Shown piece by piece: positions 26,298 to 39,854 of a DNA stretch of 64,000 bases. Both the position numbers and the translations under genes were made by a program. The DNA lies in the NCBI GenBank assembly GCA_013265495.1, contig MU058337.1:2944686-3008685 (forward strand), read 5' to 3'. The notes under the pieces were generated by a model. That model was not told the origin of the DNA. It saw nothing but the letters and a program-made list of their open reading frames with translations, and searched no databases. This stretch comes from Vicugna vicugna. Lineage: Eukaryota. Numbering within the stretch: the stretch's first letter is position 1; each line of letters begins with the position of its first letter.

Positions 26298-27495
26298 CGT
26301 AACCTGGCGGATTAACAAGACAATGACAAAGTACTGGTCAGTGTCGATGGCAATGGAAAGGCTGAAGAATTCCTGGGAATACTTGGAAAAGTTATAACAA
26401 GATTGTTACCCTTGTAAGTCTACAGAATTTATAGTGTAGGATTATGTTTATCTAGTCATATATATGAAAAATATTTCCAGGAAGAATTGTATAGGCATAA
26501 ACCATTTCTTAATTTCAAGCAAATTTTTAGGTTTTTCAGCTGCATAAATAAATGCAGTTTGGACCAAAACATGAATGTGCGTGCAAGTAAATTTATCAAT
26601 TTATTTCACATAAATGAGCTTTAATCTTAGATTAGGGTCAAGCTCATATGTCTCTATCCCAAAAATAATCCATAATAGGACCTTGCCATAGCAGAACTTC
26701 AATGACCATCACATAATTAATTAATTCCACCAGTTAGTTAGCATATATCATTTTGATGTCAATGAAAAAAAAAGCAAAAATTGAGAGTTTCCTATGTAGT
26801 AATTAACCATCACATGGATTATTTAGTTTAATTCTCACAACTACCCATGAGGAATGAACTGAGAAAGGAAAATCACCTTTATTGATCACATTATAAGGGC
26901 AAGCACCCTGTTCTAGAAATTATATAAATGGACATATGCAGAGGGAGGGAGAGGGAAGGAAACAGGGAAAAGGGAGTGAGAAGATAAAGGGAGGAAAAGA
27001 GGGAGGGAAAGGAGCAGAGAAGGATAAGGTGCTCGGAGAGGGGGTCCTCATGAACCACAAGACTGGAGATTAGAAGCAAAGGGACAAGAGATGACCTTGA
27101 CCTCCTGCCGTTAAGCTGGGATGGTGAGCACAAAGCGATGAATTCAGATGGCATGTGCCAGCAGATACTGGTGAAGCAGCTCAGCGTGTAAGCAGAGAAA
27201 GAGCATTCGAGGTGTCACCAGGACCACTCCAGACGCTGCAGCTGTCTCCTCTGTTGGCCACTAGTGGTGGAGAATCTCCGCCAGGGACTCGCATCCTGAG
27301 CAGGTAGAGCTCTGCCCCACCCCATCGCTGGCTCACCGCAAGGCTGCAGGGTAGATCTGTCTTCATTTTGCAGATGAGAAAACTAAGGTTTTACAAGATT
27401 AAAGCCAAGCTAGCCTATGACCCGTCCTCGGGCAAGCCGTACACATTGATGCAAGATCCAGGCTCATGAGGAGCGCTGACTAGTGCAGGCCCAGG

Positions 27496-27531
27496 GCACA
27501 CGTGCGTGTGCGTGCGCGTGTGTGTGTGTGC
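27496..27531. repeat. Alternating purine-pyrimidine (GT/GC) tract
   Basis: GCACACGTGCGTGTGCGTGCGCGTGTGTGTGTGTGC. Confidence 0.9.
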
Positions 27532-27596
27532 TGGCAGTTTCCGTGACCAGAATACAGCTTCAAAATGCAACTTACATAAGCAGGTATTGTGATGTT

Positions 27597-28199
27597 TGTG
27601 TTCATTTTCTATTGCTGGATAACAAGTTACCACTAGCTGAGTGATTGTAACAACAGACATTTATTGTCTCGTTTCTGTAGGTCAGTGTCAGGGCGTGATT
27701 CAGTTGCGTTTACAGCCTGTGGTTTCAGGAGGTGCAGTCGAGGCGGTGGCTGAGACTAGGTGTCCTCTTCGTGCTCACTGGCGATTGGCAGAATTGGGTT
27801 TCTTGTGGTTGTAGGACTGCGAGCCTCATCTTCTGGGGACTACCCGCTGTTCCCTGCCATGTGGCCTCTCTACACCATGCAGTTTGCTTCTTTGAGGCCA
27901 ACAGGAGAGTTTCTCTCTCTTCTTTGATCTCTGACCTCTTGACCCTGTTTTGAAGGGCTCACCTGATTAAGTCAGACCCACCCAGGATAATCTCCCATTT
28001 GATTAACATAAAGCTCATTGACCAAAGACCTTATATCTGCAAAACCCCTTTGTCTTTGTCATACAGGAAATATAATCAGGAAAGACAGTTCATCCCATTT
28101 TTGCCATATTCGCTTAGGTGGAAGCAAGTTAAAGCTCAAAAATAGGGACTAACAAGGGCACGCCACATCCAGAGCTCTCTTAGAACTCCATCTTGGACA
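27597..28199 (-). mobile_element. MLT1E-like MaLR LTR
   Basis: TGTGTTCATTTTCTATTGCTG..ACATTTATTGTCTC..TTGGCAGAATT..GGTTGTAGGACTG..AAGGGCTCACCTGATTAAGTCAGACCCACCCAGGATAATCTCCC. Confidence 0.88.
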
Positions 28200-28534
28200 A
28201 AGTATGAAATACAAACAGCTTGGGGCTTATCTTCCTACATTAGCCTCTGTCACGCGTCCATGTCTCCTGCCTACTTCATGGATGCATTTGAGTTTGTAGA
28301 AACCTAGTCACTAGTTTAATACAATAAAAGTACAGCTAGGACCTGCATCTCTTAAAATTGAAAGGTATTGAAGAAAAATAAGCGATTTTTAAATACATCC
28401 GTAAAGAGTTGTTTATTCTTATTATAACAAAGTAGCAATCTGTGTAGCAGTGGAAGAAGGCATTTACTTTGTCTGAATGAATACTTGCCTCACATCTCAT
28501 AGCTGTATTTGGCTCTCAAAATATAGCAGAGATC

Positions 28535-28714
28535 AGGCAATTCCCTCAAATGCTTCTAGTGGATGAGTGGACCTCCCATCACCTGCATCCCCTGGAAGCT
28601 TGTTTGAAATGCAAAACTGTGGGCTTCATGCCAGACCTACTCCTTCAGAGTATTTTTTGTAACAAGACCTATGTGATTTTTTTTTTTTTGCATGTTAATG
28701 TTTGAGAAGTGCTA
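28535..28714. mobile_element. MER5A1-like hAT-Charlie MITE
   Basis: CCTGGAAGCTTGTTTGAAATGCA..CCAGACCTACT..TAACAAGA..GTTTGAGAAG. Confidence 0.75.
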
Positions 28715-29659
28715 TCTGGAAAATCTTACATTAAGTTTACAAATTCTTTCATCTGTCTGTGCCTTTAAATAGTCTTTACTTGTTGATTTAAAATAGAATA
28801 TATAGGAAAAATTTAAAGTCCCTTTTAGATATTTAGTGGTTTCCACATAAACATGCTGGACAAAGTTTGGAATCATAACGTTGGGGAAATTAGGAGAACA
28901 GAGAGATGAACGTGTCTCTTGTTTCTTCTTTTTCTCTTTATTCTCCTATTTTTCTCTTTATCTTCCTATTTTTGCTGTCCCCACAGAAGCCACAGACCTC
29001 ACTTCCTCTTTTCTACTTCATGTAGAGAGAGAGAAAATTTAGATTAAGCAGTAACATCAAACTGGAAATGCCAGACTGGCCAGAGGTAAATGGGATGAAT
29101 TAAGGGATATTTTGAGCTTGCCAAGTGAGTCTTTTTAACTTCATTACTCATTAAAAGAAAAAGAAGCAAATATCATGCCATAATACATATATCTTCTTTA
29201 CTATTGCAAGGGAGTGTGCACTTCACAGAGCTCAGCAGGAGCTATGAGTCATCTGGGATGTGGCACACTGCAATTACTTAAAGTTAGAATTCAAAACATA
29301 GTTTTGCATTAAAAATTCCTCTAAAGCTACAGAAAAATTATATAATAAGTTCCCCAAAGATCCAGAATCTCTGATCTTATGAACCATTAAGTTCAATAAA
29401 ATTTCTGAACAATAAAAGAAGGAGGGGGAACCTTAAATTTAAAATACTTTCTTCCCACTTTTGATACTTGTCGAAGAGATGGTTTTTGCTTTATTATCTT
29501 CTACATAAATTATATTCAAAATTAGGAAGGATTCAACACAGTAATATTGTTTTCATTTTCGCATTCTAAAAGATAAATGTATTCAAAATCAACTGTGTTT
29601 TACAAAAACGTACTTGGCTTCGTCAGAAATCCTCAATGGTCTGCTTTGCTTGAAGTTAG

Positions 29660-29868
29660 CAGATGAAAGTCAGAACACCTTCGAAATCCGCCACTGGTGG
29701 GCTTTTTCCTTTGGGAAATTACTCTGACTGCCTCCACCTTAGTTTCACGGGGTAAAACATCAGTAAACCTTTACCTGGTTATGATAACGGAATGGCTGAT
29801 CAATGTGAAGCATTTAATGCGGTGCCTGACAAATAGTAAACGCTCAATTAACGTAACTGTTGTTGTTA
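29660..29868 (+). mobile_element. MIR SINE
   Basis: 3' end ATGTGAAGCATTTAATGCGGTGCCTGACAAATAGTAAACGCTCAATTAACGT. Confidence 0.75.
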
Positions 29869-30869
29869 GATACTGATGAATGCACACCTCAAAACCTCAT
29901 CTTCAGTGACTATTAAGATAACTAAAACCATGGGTAATCTGAGTTTTTTCTTTGTGAGCAGCTGTGACAATAATCCAGGTTAAGACTTAGATGCATATTA
30001 TCAAATCCCCCGATGCTGACGTACTGAAAGGAGCTCACTCAATTCCCGCTTTCGCATTTTGTATGCGTTGACTAGCATTGAAGTTATCATATGGCAGCCT
30101 CTGTATACCATCATTCTCCTATTTCACTTTATTAAGATTGTCTAAAAGAATAGAAATAACTAACTGTATTATTGAATTATACTTATTTTGTGAGCTGTGA
30201 GCAATGATTTTTATTTTGTGAGCAGTGAGAATAACTTAGAAAAATTATGATTTCACCAATGATTTTCATATCTCTATTCCCATTAAAGTGAGAAAATACA
30301 GTTTTCCTATTTAGTTTGCTCTGGTTTTGACCAACAAGGGTGTATTGTACATAGTCTGCAATCTTAGTTCTGTAATAGATTGCAAGGAGCAGTAATAGAA
30401 GTTTAAACATGATCTCTACCCTAAGATATGTAACGCCCCATAAAGAGCAAATTAACACACATCAAACAACAAGGAGTCAACAGAATATCTTAAAAAACTC
30501 ATTTTAATAAACCGCATCATTGTGTGCCACGTTTTATGGAGTAGACAGAAAAATTTGTGGAAACACAGAAATGAAAACTTAATGGAAAGTGGCATGATTC
30601 TGGTGTTATTCATTCATCCGTCTACTCACTTGTTAAGTATCATCCAGGCTTGGTTAGCCACTTCAGAAGACCTTTGCAAGCTTGCAGAATTAAGGGAGGA
30701 GGAAGGTGTTACTTGTTGTTTAAAAACTGGGTACTGGGAACAAATACAATGAGGAAGGGTGGAAAGTGTTTGGTTCCTGGTTATGGGTTGAGACACCACT
30801 GAAGAGCGTAGAGTGTGTTCTGGAAACTTTTATTGGATTCTTCACTGTGCCCACCACTGTCATAATCAT

Positions 30870-31310
30870 TTGTAGAGGTTCTGTTAGCAGTCATTGTCTG
30901 AAGAGCCCACTGTGTCTACCTGCCACCTCCCCAACTCTGCCAGTTCTTCAGCTGACAGGACCAGAGGTAGATGTCGAGTTCAAATCTGGTTTACTTCTCT
31001 GAAAGATGCAGAGGCTGTAGCTGGTTGTTGGGAATGGGTGAACCCATAGAATCATGTTGGCTTGAGCTGGTGGTTATGCATTGCCATTCTCAAGCAGAAG
31101 GGCTTCTGAAACAGAGAAGGTGGGAGGTACGTGACAAAGATGCATGATCCTCAGCTGCTTCCCAGCAACATTCCAATTGAATGTGACGGTTTAGCTCTTG
31201 TGTTCACCACAAGGGCTATTGCGCTATGAAAATTGTTATTCCTACCACCCTTACTTGGAATTTCTCAAGCGGTTTTGTGTGTTTTGTAACCAAAGACTCT
31301 GGACTAGCCC
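30870..31310 (+). mobile_element. Old ERVL/MaLR-type LTR (LTR33/LTR16/MLT1-like)
   Basis: Starts TGTAG; contains GCTGACAGGACCAGAGG; ends TTGTAACCAAAGACTCTGGACTA, like ERVL/MaLR LTR 3' ends; flanked by antisense L2-like sequence. Confidence 0.45.
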
Positions 31311-31490
31311 TGATGTGTAGGATGAAGCCAAGTCATGGTGAGTCATGAAAGCTGAGCAGAGAAATTGTGTTTAGGTATAATTGGGAATGACACCATCAAA
31401 GCTTTTGTACAGGAACCTGAAGTGATCAAAGTCATTTTAAGAAATAGGGATCTGGCAGCAGTATTCAGGGTTGATTAGATGATCCTAGAA
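31310..31490 (-). mobile_element. L2 fragment
   Basis: CCATCAAAGCTTTTGTACAGGAACCTGAAGTGATCAAAGTCATTTTAAGAAA..TCTGGCAGCAGT. Confidence 0.55.
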
Positions 31491-31587
31491 TCACGCGAGC
31501 CAGCTCATACCTTCATGCAGTATGTGGAGAATCAGATTTGTAAATTCGTATTTAGATACATCTAAATATAATTAATATTATTACAGA

Positions 31588-31805
31588 AATAATGGCTACC
31601 ATATGATGAAAATTTATTAAGCATCAAGCACTGTACTTGCTAAGAACTTTATACATATTAATACATTCTGTTTTTACAGCCAATGCAACCCTTTTAGTTT
31701 ATAACAATTAAAGTGTAGCAAGAACAAACATCTGGCTTAGTTCTTCAGCTAGGACTTAAACCCAGTTCTATCTGATACCAAGAACCATTCCCCTTTGTTT
31801 TCCAT
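31588..31805 (-). mobile_element. MIR SINE
   Basis: AATAATGGCTACCAT..CAAGCACTGT..CTAAGAACTTTATACATATTA..AGCTAGGACTTAAACCCAGTTCTATCTGATACCAAGA. Confidence 0.65.
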
Positions 31806-32859
31806 CATTATTGTAGCATACATCTTGTACCACATTCCAGGACCTGAGTTAGATGTGAGGCATGTAAATGTGAACAACCTTAGTACTCTGAGAAGTTCAT
31901 ACCAACTGCAATATTTTTGCAAAGAACATTACCAAAAAATCTTTTTGTATAAAGTTTTAGTCATTTAAAGTAAAACAATAGAATGTCTTGTGATAATTGT
32001 CACAAAGAACTTCGAGTGTAATTATCACGTGTAATTATTACATCTCCAAGGGAGAAGAGCATTTACAAAGAGAAACACTTAAATACCCTTATTTAAAAGA
32101 TTTTCTTGAAATAAGAGCAAGATTACAAAGTGAAAACAACACTGTGCGAAAGCAGGTTATCAGGATGAAGTCAGGAGTCCAGCTCTGGAGAAGGTGGCAA
32201 ACCCAAAAGCGGTTCTCGAGTTTTCTCTGGAATGGTTACAAACATGAAAGGAGGCAGGGATGAGTCTCAGAATCTCATATGAAATTCTACGAAGAGGCCC
32301 TTAAAAGCCGAAGGTGAAAGGGTTCCAGAGTGTTCTGTGGGTGTGGTGGGTGGGAGACAGGAGTGTAATTAAGTTGGGGAATGGAGCTATGAGCACAACA
32401 GTGTCCAATGACATAGGTCACAGTGTCCCTTCACATTGACCTGAGAGGAAGTTTTCCAGCCCTGTCACCTTCAGGGTAGGAATATATAGTCCAAAGCCAG
32501 TGTCAAAAAGAAATGGCATCATAATTTGATATGGAAACCCATTTGGATGAAAAATGGATAGAATAAGAGATAACATATATGTTCCTTCTTTCCTAAACTG
32601 CAAGAAGCATCTCCTTAAAAAGAGAATTTTCCAATACAGAGATTAGTTAATATTATCCCAATATGTGTGTATGTGGGGAGAGTCCTTGATGTCACACCAG
32701 AAAACCTCTTGCACAAAGTACATTTCCACACCTCCAATCTGCCAGAGTCAATACTTAGGTCCTGGGATTTGATCTCTCCTGAAAGTGTTCCAAACACAAA
32801 ATGACAGGAGATGCTAAAAAAGAATACGTGTTTAAAATAAAAATATTGAGATAGATATG

Positions 32860-33670
32860 GAATATATGCAACATGAAAAAGAAACCAAAAATGGACAACC
32901 TATAGAAGAAGAGGCACAACTAATAGACCAGAGAGATTACAAACTAATACAACCCTATAATAACAAATGCCTTTTAGTGAACAGACTTAGACATTAAAAA
33001 ATGAAACAAGAACAAATATTCATGAAGAATAGAAACAGATATTCACAAAGAAGATTTCAAGTATAGTAAAGACTCAATAGATAAGATAAACAACATAAAC
33101 CAATGAATGAATGAATAAGCATTGAAAGAATAAGTTGAAGAAAACTCCCAGAAGGTATGAACTGTGAGAATTAAAACCCAATGGGGTGCAGTGGGCAAAA
33201 GAAGATGTGTTGACAGTTGTATCATAAAATCGTGGAAGGAAAGAAAGTACTAGTCCTCAGAAGAAGAAATATTTTAAGAACTGAGCAAAGTTTTCTTACT
33301 TGTAATTTAAATAATCAATTACAAGCTCATACTGAATGGGTCCATACCAGGATATGTGAATAACAAAGAAAAATACAGCTCAACCCATTTGAATAAATTT
33401 TGAAAAGATCAGAAACAAATAATTAAATCTAGAATCTTCCAGAATGAAATAGAATGTATTTAAAGAACTAGGAATGAGATTGACATTGGTCATGTTAATA
33501 GCAGCACTATATGCAAGATAGAGATATTCTCAAAAGATGAAGAAAGAGCATGTGAAGCCCAACATTTTATAACAAGCTAAATTTCTACTTAAATGAAAAG
33601 GTAAAACAAAGGCATCTTTCAACATAGAAGACCCAGAGTTAGACACTATTATTCTAGGGAATACAAATGA
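32860..33670 (+). mobile_element. HAL1 / old L1 ORF1-like relic
   Basis: A-rich; ATGAAACAAGAACA..GTTGAAGAAAACTCCCAGAAGG..GGAATGAGATTGACATTGG..GCAGCACTATATGCAAGA..ATTTTATAACAAGCTAAA..AAGGTAAAACAAAGGCAT. Confidence 0.6.
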
Positions 33671-33907
33671 GTCATTAACAAAAATTTTCAGATAAAGAAT
33701 TTACAGTTTAACAGAGATAAATCTGAATACTTATCATTAAAATTGCAAAACACACATGTGCCCTACTTTAAAGAGCACTTAAAGATGTGAAACCTGGGTA
33801 CCTCAGTATCAACTGAAGAACTTAAATTGATACAGGTTCTCAGGCTCCGCTTCTAGTCATTAAGATGCTAGAGACCCCTAGTAATTATGGAGAAAGACAG
33901 ATTAAGA

Positions 33908-34140
33908 CAGGCTTTCTCAACAATGACACTATTGCCGTTTTGGGCTGGATTGTCAACGTTTTGTTGTGGAGCTAACTTGTGCACTGCAGACTCTTCAGCA
34001 GCATCTCTGTCCAATATACCCTAGTTGATGGTACCATCCCCTCTTCCTGTCCCCTCTCCCCCAAGCTGTGAGAATCAAAATGTTTTTAGGTATTGCCAAT
34101 TTGTCTCTGGGACAAAACTACCCCCAGGTGAGAACCACTG
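33908..34140 (-). mobile_element. MER20 hAT-Charlie DNA transposon, full length
   Basis: Termini CAGGCTTTCTCAAC..GTGAGAACCACTG; internal CACTATTG..TTTTGGGCTGGAT and AGCAGCATC; diverged 8-bp TSD GATTAAGA / GATTTAAA (6/8). Confidence 0.92.
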
Positions 34141-35014
34141 GATTTAAAAGTGATGTCCTCTCTCCTGGACACTCTACATGATTATGGCAGGTCAGCAATT
34201 TCCTATTTCATACCTCCTGCCTTCCTAATGTGGAAGTCATATACTCAATTTCCTGTCATCCCTCAAAACAGCCATGTGCATGTGACCTAGCCTGCTCCGG
34301 TAAGAGGATCCACCATAGGACTTGGGGTCTGCAGCGGGCAAGGCTGGGAGGTAGCCTTCAGTAAGGATCCACAGTCCATCAAGGGTGACGGGGGCAGGGA
34401 TGGTGCACACGTGCTGTGCTGCCTGGTGTCTGACTTCCTGGTGCAGCTGCCCTGCCGGCAGCAGCAGTGTTGGGGTGACGGAGGCATCTTGTCTCCTACG
34501 TAGGGTGTGGCTTGGGGATCTAGATACTCCAAGCACTGCTTTAACTGGGTCCCTCAACCAAACCATACCATGTAAAAATGACTTGAGTGATTATTTTCTC
34601 AACTGCCCCAAAGACGATCCATAATAGGACCGTTCCACACGCACAGGAGGGAAGTTCGTGCACTACGTACAATGGCGGCCTTAGCAGATTAGAGCTCAAT
34701 CATCACAAGGAAAATGGGTTGAGGGGGAAAAAAAATCCCCATTCTGCTAAAACCAGTTATTTTGATTCTGCTTTTCAAAACTTAATCGCTTACTGCTAAC
34801 AGCATTCAACTGGAGAATCATAAACAACCTTAAAATGGAGGTGATTTTCTCTAGCTAGACCTTGAAATATGGTTTAATAAGGAAGAATTCGCCTATTCCT
34901 TGTGTGTTAGCATTTCCCTAAGTGCTTTTACGAGGACAATACAAGAGATCGTATTCTAGGGTTTTGGTGTATTGCATATTATATTGTGTTGTTCACTCTT
35001 TATGACTCCTTATC

Positions 35015-35187
35015 CAGGCCTGGCTGAGTAATCTGCAGGGTCCAGTGAAAACTCAAATACAGGGCTCTTTGTTCAAACACTGACAATGTAAGATGGCAAC
35101 AGCGGAACATTGAAACAAACACGCGGTCCTTCTCAGCCCAAGACTGTGTGGCTGCTCCGGTCACATGCTCATGAAGCCAGCTGAGCC
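35015..35187 (-). mobile_element. MER45A hAT-Tip100 MITE
   Basis: CAGGCCTGGCT..TAATCTGCAGGGTCCAGTG..CTTTGTTCAAA..AAGATGGCAACAGC..CATGAAGCCAG matches the reverse complement of recalled MER45A. Confidence 0.8.
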
Positions 35188-36814
35188 CTTGTGAGACCGA
35201 CAAGTCACATGACATCTACCAGTTTACATGGGAAGAGACCAAGGCTCCATGGTCCCCATTGTGGTCTTGTGGCAGTTTATGAAACAAATCCTGACAGCTT
35301 ATTGTTGGACACGTCAAAAATAGCCCTGGAAGTGCCACTGAGCCAGCATCTTTGCACCCAAAAGATTGTGGTGCTGACTTACGAGATGTCTGTGGTGTGA
35401 CACAGACAGTATTTTATTAAATATATACAAATGCCTTAAGAAACAGAAAAGGTTATGCACACACACACACACATATATTTATAACCAAAACTTGAATTAT
35501 GCTAGTGTTAAGCCACTGATTGCATAATAAAATTTGTTGACATCATTACAACTAACGATCAATATAATATTATTTATTACAAAAGTGATAAATCTTCTTG
35601 GCATAAGGAGTGGATGCCGTAAACTGAATGCACTGGGTAGACTCAGTGAAGCAGCAGTTCATCAGAGCAGGCTGCACTCGGTCCTGAGTATTTTTCCAGG
35701 CTATAGTCCCTTCAAGCATGACTCTCCCTTCTCAGTGGGATGCTTCAACTGAACCACACAGTATTTATCACAACACCCATGGTTCAGCTTTCATTCTCCA
35801 CACTTCTATCCTAATTTGAAAGAAAACAATCATTAAGTTAATTTGGATGAGCCCAGCCTTGTATGTCACTGTACTCTAACAGTATATTGATATGGTAATT
35901 GTGCAGTTATTGACAATTTTAAGTCAACTTTTTCAAGGAGTAGGGAAAGTTTTTAACACTCAAAGCTGTATGGTGATTTTTCAACTTTTGGATGGCACAA
36001 TAATTATGAAATAACCTCTATGCACACAGTGATTTCTTCTATTAAATCAGGAAGGGAATTGCCTTAAATTACAATTTTAACTGTTTCTTTGAACACGGGG
36101 TTCTAATTCAGAAGCAATGACCTATGTTGTTTTCCAGTGACAAATACATTTCAAAAATCATCACTTGAGCATTAGTAAATACATGACAAAATAGTGTAGT
36201 TTTTAAATTATTGATGCATTAGAGTATTTTCTAATACACTAATTAAAACATGATGCAATGCTCATGGTTTACTTGTATTTTATTTATTTTTGATCTGAAA
36301 TACTGTATTTAATATATAATAAAATATTTAAATACTGTACCAGCCTCACGCTTGAGATATTAGGATGTCTTAGGCATCTGTAGAGTAATATGGAAGGGTA
36401 AGAATGATGTCAATTTATAGATGTTTATTATGATAAGTGATTAACCTGCTACTGCAACTCTTCATCTAATAGATTTTCCCCTATTCCACTCCCCAAACAC
36501 ACAATTGTATGCCCATAATGATCACAAGAGAAATTTGTAAGAGTTTGTTGTACTGAATCAGGCATGACTATGAAAAAGTCAATAAAGCCAAGGATTTTTT
36601 TAACTATGATTTCAATTGGGTTTGGAAAAAAAAGTCATCTGGGACATCTTCAATTCTAAAGTAATTCCTCCCCTGGAAGGACTGCTATGCTGACACACCA
36701 AACATTTGCTTTCTGTATCGATTGGCCTGTGATGGCCCAACTTTGATTTATGGTCTTCCATCTGAACTGTTTGTCCTTTGAAATAGGTGTTGGTCATTTT
36801 CATTGGTACAGACG

Positions 36815-37003
36815 CTTTTTTAAAAAAGATGTAACTGACATGTAACATTGGATTCGTTTTAGACATACAACATAATGATCTGATGTGTGTACACATTATG
36901 AAATGATTACCACAGAAAGCTGAACTGACATCTATCACCACCTATGGTTACAGATTTTTGTTGTTGTTGTGATAAAAGCTTTTAAGGTTTACTCTCTTAG
37001 CAA
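36815..37003 (-). mobile_element. L1MA-type LINE-1 3' end fragment
   Basis: GATGTAACTGACATGTAACATTG..TACAACATAATGAT..GAAATGATTACCACA..TTTAAGGTTTACTCTCTTAGCAA. Confidence 0.85.
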
Positions 37004-37059
37004 GAATAAAACCATGAATCTTGATATACTCACCAATCGTCTAAACTATTTCATTCAAA

Positions 37060-37190
37060 ACGATGGAATTTGGGTGTCTATTTAAAATGTTCCTTCTAGG
37101 GTTCTCACCAGTGATCCTGATTCAGTCATTTGGATGAGTGTAGAGAAATTTTCATTTTTATCAAGAACCCAGGGAGACTCTAACTTGTTC
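37060..37190. mobile_element. MER5-like fragment
   Basis: TTTAAAATG..GATCCTGATTCAGT..CATTTTTATCAAGAACCCAGGGAGACTCTAA. Confidence 0.55.
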
Positions 37191-38238
37191 AAACCCAACA
37201 CAGAAAGGATGGCTGAGATTAACTGGATGTGAAGGCAGTTGTAAAAAAAAAAAAATCAAACCAAAAACAAAAACAAACAAACAAAAATGAGCAAATATTA
37301 GAGGCAAGGGGCAGGCAGGAGCAGGTGGAAGTGGGCGGAGAGGCAGGGCTCGAGCGCAGAGGAACCGCGTTCACTGCCGGCCGCCTAGCAGGAGTCTACA
37401 CGCTGGTCTAAAACATGTTCTATTGATGATTCCTCTACATTGTTGCCTCCACAGTGAAAGTGTCTAGAAAAAAAAAATCCTCAGATATTTAATAACATTT
37501 CCTTCAGGTTAGAGAAACAACAGTGCAAGATAAAATAAAACATCTTATCATGTCAAGAAAGCCATCCGATAAGAAATCACAAGGTATGTGAATTGATTAC
37601 AAAACCAGAATATGTTTTTCTTGGGTACTTTCCTTGATTATTTTAAAGTGTATAGCTTTGGTTTTAGTTTAAAAGTACACGATGCAACATTCTTTTGCTT
37701 ATCACTCGCAAAGGATAAGAACTTTCAAAAGAATAATACGGCGTTTTGTTGTTGTTGTTGTTGTTAACTGGCAATTCCCCCCCCCCGCCTTGGTTACCAG
37801 TTTTCAAGATGGAGAGACACAGAAAAGACAATTGATAACCACGAGCTGGATAAATTGTGATAGCCGACTCAAAATTCTACTAAATATAAATAACTCAATC
37901 TTTACTTTCCCCGCTTATGACATCAGCAGATCCCCTTGAGTGAATTATTACTTGATATCTGACTCTCAGTCATTTTTCACTGTATCTATTGCATTTATTT
38001 TGCACTTTGTCATTACCATTTTGGTATTTGGGGACAGAAGTATTGGAAAACCAGGGTACCCAGAATGCTTCTTGTTAGCTCAGTGGAAACTTGGAATGTG
38101 TATTAAAGCATTTCTAAATAAAGCGATGAAGAAGATGTTGAAATGAATTACCTCATTCTTTTAGTTTCTTCTAATGCTGCTTGGATTTGCTATTAGATTC
38201 TTAAAGAAAACGCATTTGGTTATCAAGTGTCGCCCTGG

Positions 38239-38349
38239 GAGGCAGGCTATGCAGGTGCTGCTTATTTCTGCAGCGGCTTACTACAGTATTCAGAGAGGCA
38301 GGCTATGCAGGTGCTGCTTATTTCTGCAGCAGCTTAACTACGTATTCAG
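38239..38349. repeat. 56-bp tandem duplication
   Basis: GAGGCAGGCTATGCAGGTGCTGCTTATTTCTGCAGC(G/A)GCTTA..GTATTCAG starting at 38239 and 38295. Confidence 0.95.
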
Positions 38350-39854
38350 TAAGTGCTTGGCGTAGCCGGCCTGGCTGCTGAGGGCACCGGAATACAAGTG
38401 GAGCCCCAGGGCATCGCTGAGAATATTGAAGGACACCTGATACTTTTCACTCGTCATTTGTCTTCTTTAGTGTCTAAAATCTGTGAATCTCGGAGAAACA
38501 TGGGGAAACGAAAGTTAAGCAGTTGTTGTCAGGGTCCTAGGGTTTTCCACTTCTTTTTGTCACAAGTCAGTAGAGGCATATTTTTAAGCCCAGCTATGGC
38601 TGTTTTACTTGATTTTCATCCTTTATGTGCATTAGTTGGCCTCCTTTTCTTTTTAGAGTTAGCCATACCTAGAATCTCCAGAAAAAGAAACTGCCACATG
38701 CATGTCTCAGGAGGGAAAAAGTATAGGGGGTTAGAAAGCCTCAGTGTCTGAGACCTTAAATAAAAGGAGGTCATGAGCACAGTCTTGCCATGCACACCAC
38801 CCCCCACCCCTGATGAAGCAGAAATAGTCATAGAGACATTGGTCAACATCACTCTGTGGACAACGAAAAGAGATGCTCTGCTGTCTGTATCTGCTCACCC
38901 AGGGCTGCTGTCGGCTTTGATAATTTGCGTATTTTCCAAATGCCAATGGAAATGTTGTCAATAATTCACTTTTCTCTACAAATTCTGTAACTCAGCAATG
39001 TTTTGCATGCAAACGATTATGATTTATGGTTGCATATGTGGTTAAAAGGTGATAATTAGATCTCCCAGGGTAGGAGGTAGCTCAGAATCTTTTGGCATCA
39101 AAGCCCTCAGAACCCAAAGGGTCCACGTACAAATGGATAGATGTATAAATACAGTGATTAGGAACCTGAGACCAGAGTGTCCCCAGCTTACCTCTGTGGC
39201 AGGAGGATTCATGACGTTTGTTGTTATCTCAGATGACAATTTGTGTGCGAAAGTGTATGTGGGCTCACAGTGTTTGTGAAGCATCATGGTACTGATTTGT
39301 CAGTCCCTCTGCAGTCAGCTGATGATGGTTGAGACGAGTCTTGATAATCCTCAAGTCTGCATTGTGTTCCCTTCATTTCCTAGACATCGAGTTGCAATTT
39401 TCCCTAAGGAAGCAGTTTCCTTTCCCATAAGTTAACTATTTTTTTCAGAAGTGGGGGGAGTTTCAGAAAGGAATGGACAAGGGAAGGACTTTCCTTCTCA
39501 GTGGAGCGAATTCAAAGATTTTTGTTGTCTCTCCTCCTCCAACTCTTCTTATTGCTAAATATAATATCTAATTATGTTTAACTAGTTTCCAGTCAGATGT
39601 AACTTGAGATAAAAAATATGTTAAAACTTTAGCCCCTGAAAAAATGATTTCCAAACTTTTAAGAGAACACACTTTAAATCTATCCTTGACATTATCCAGT
39701 CTGAATGATGGATAACTTTATTTAATAAGAACAACCAAAGAAAAAAATATTCTTCACAAAATAACTTTTAAAATATTTCAAGTAAAGTTAATTTTTTCCA
39801 AGTGAGTGCTTCAAAAATACTTGTTAGTGAAGATAAATTATTTATAAATTCTTC

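Noticed and set aside
27253..27272. CCACTAGTGGTGG as a CTCF site
   Set aside because: Mismatches at core positions of the motif.
38239..38349. Direct repeats (also 317-367 and 43389/44230) as a CRISPR-like array
   Set aside because: Only two copies each, no repeat-spacer periodicity, no cas genes, and a mammalian repeat context.
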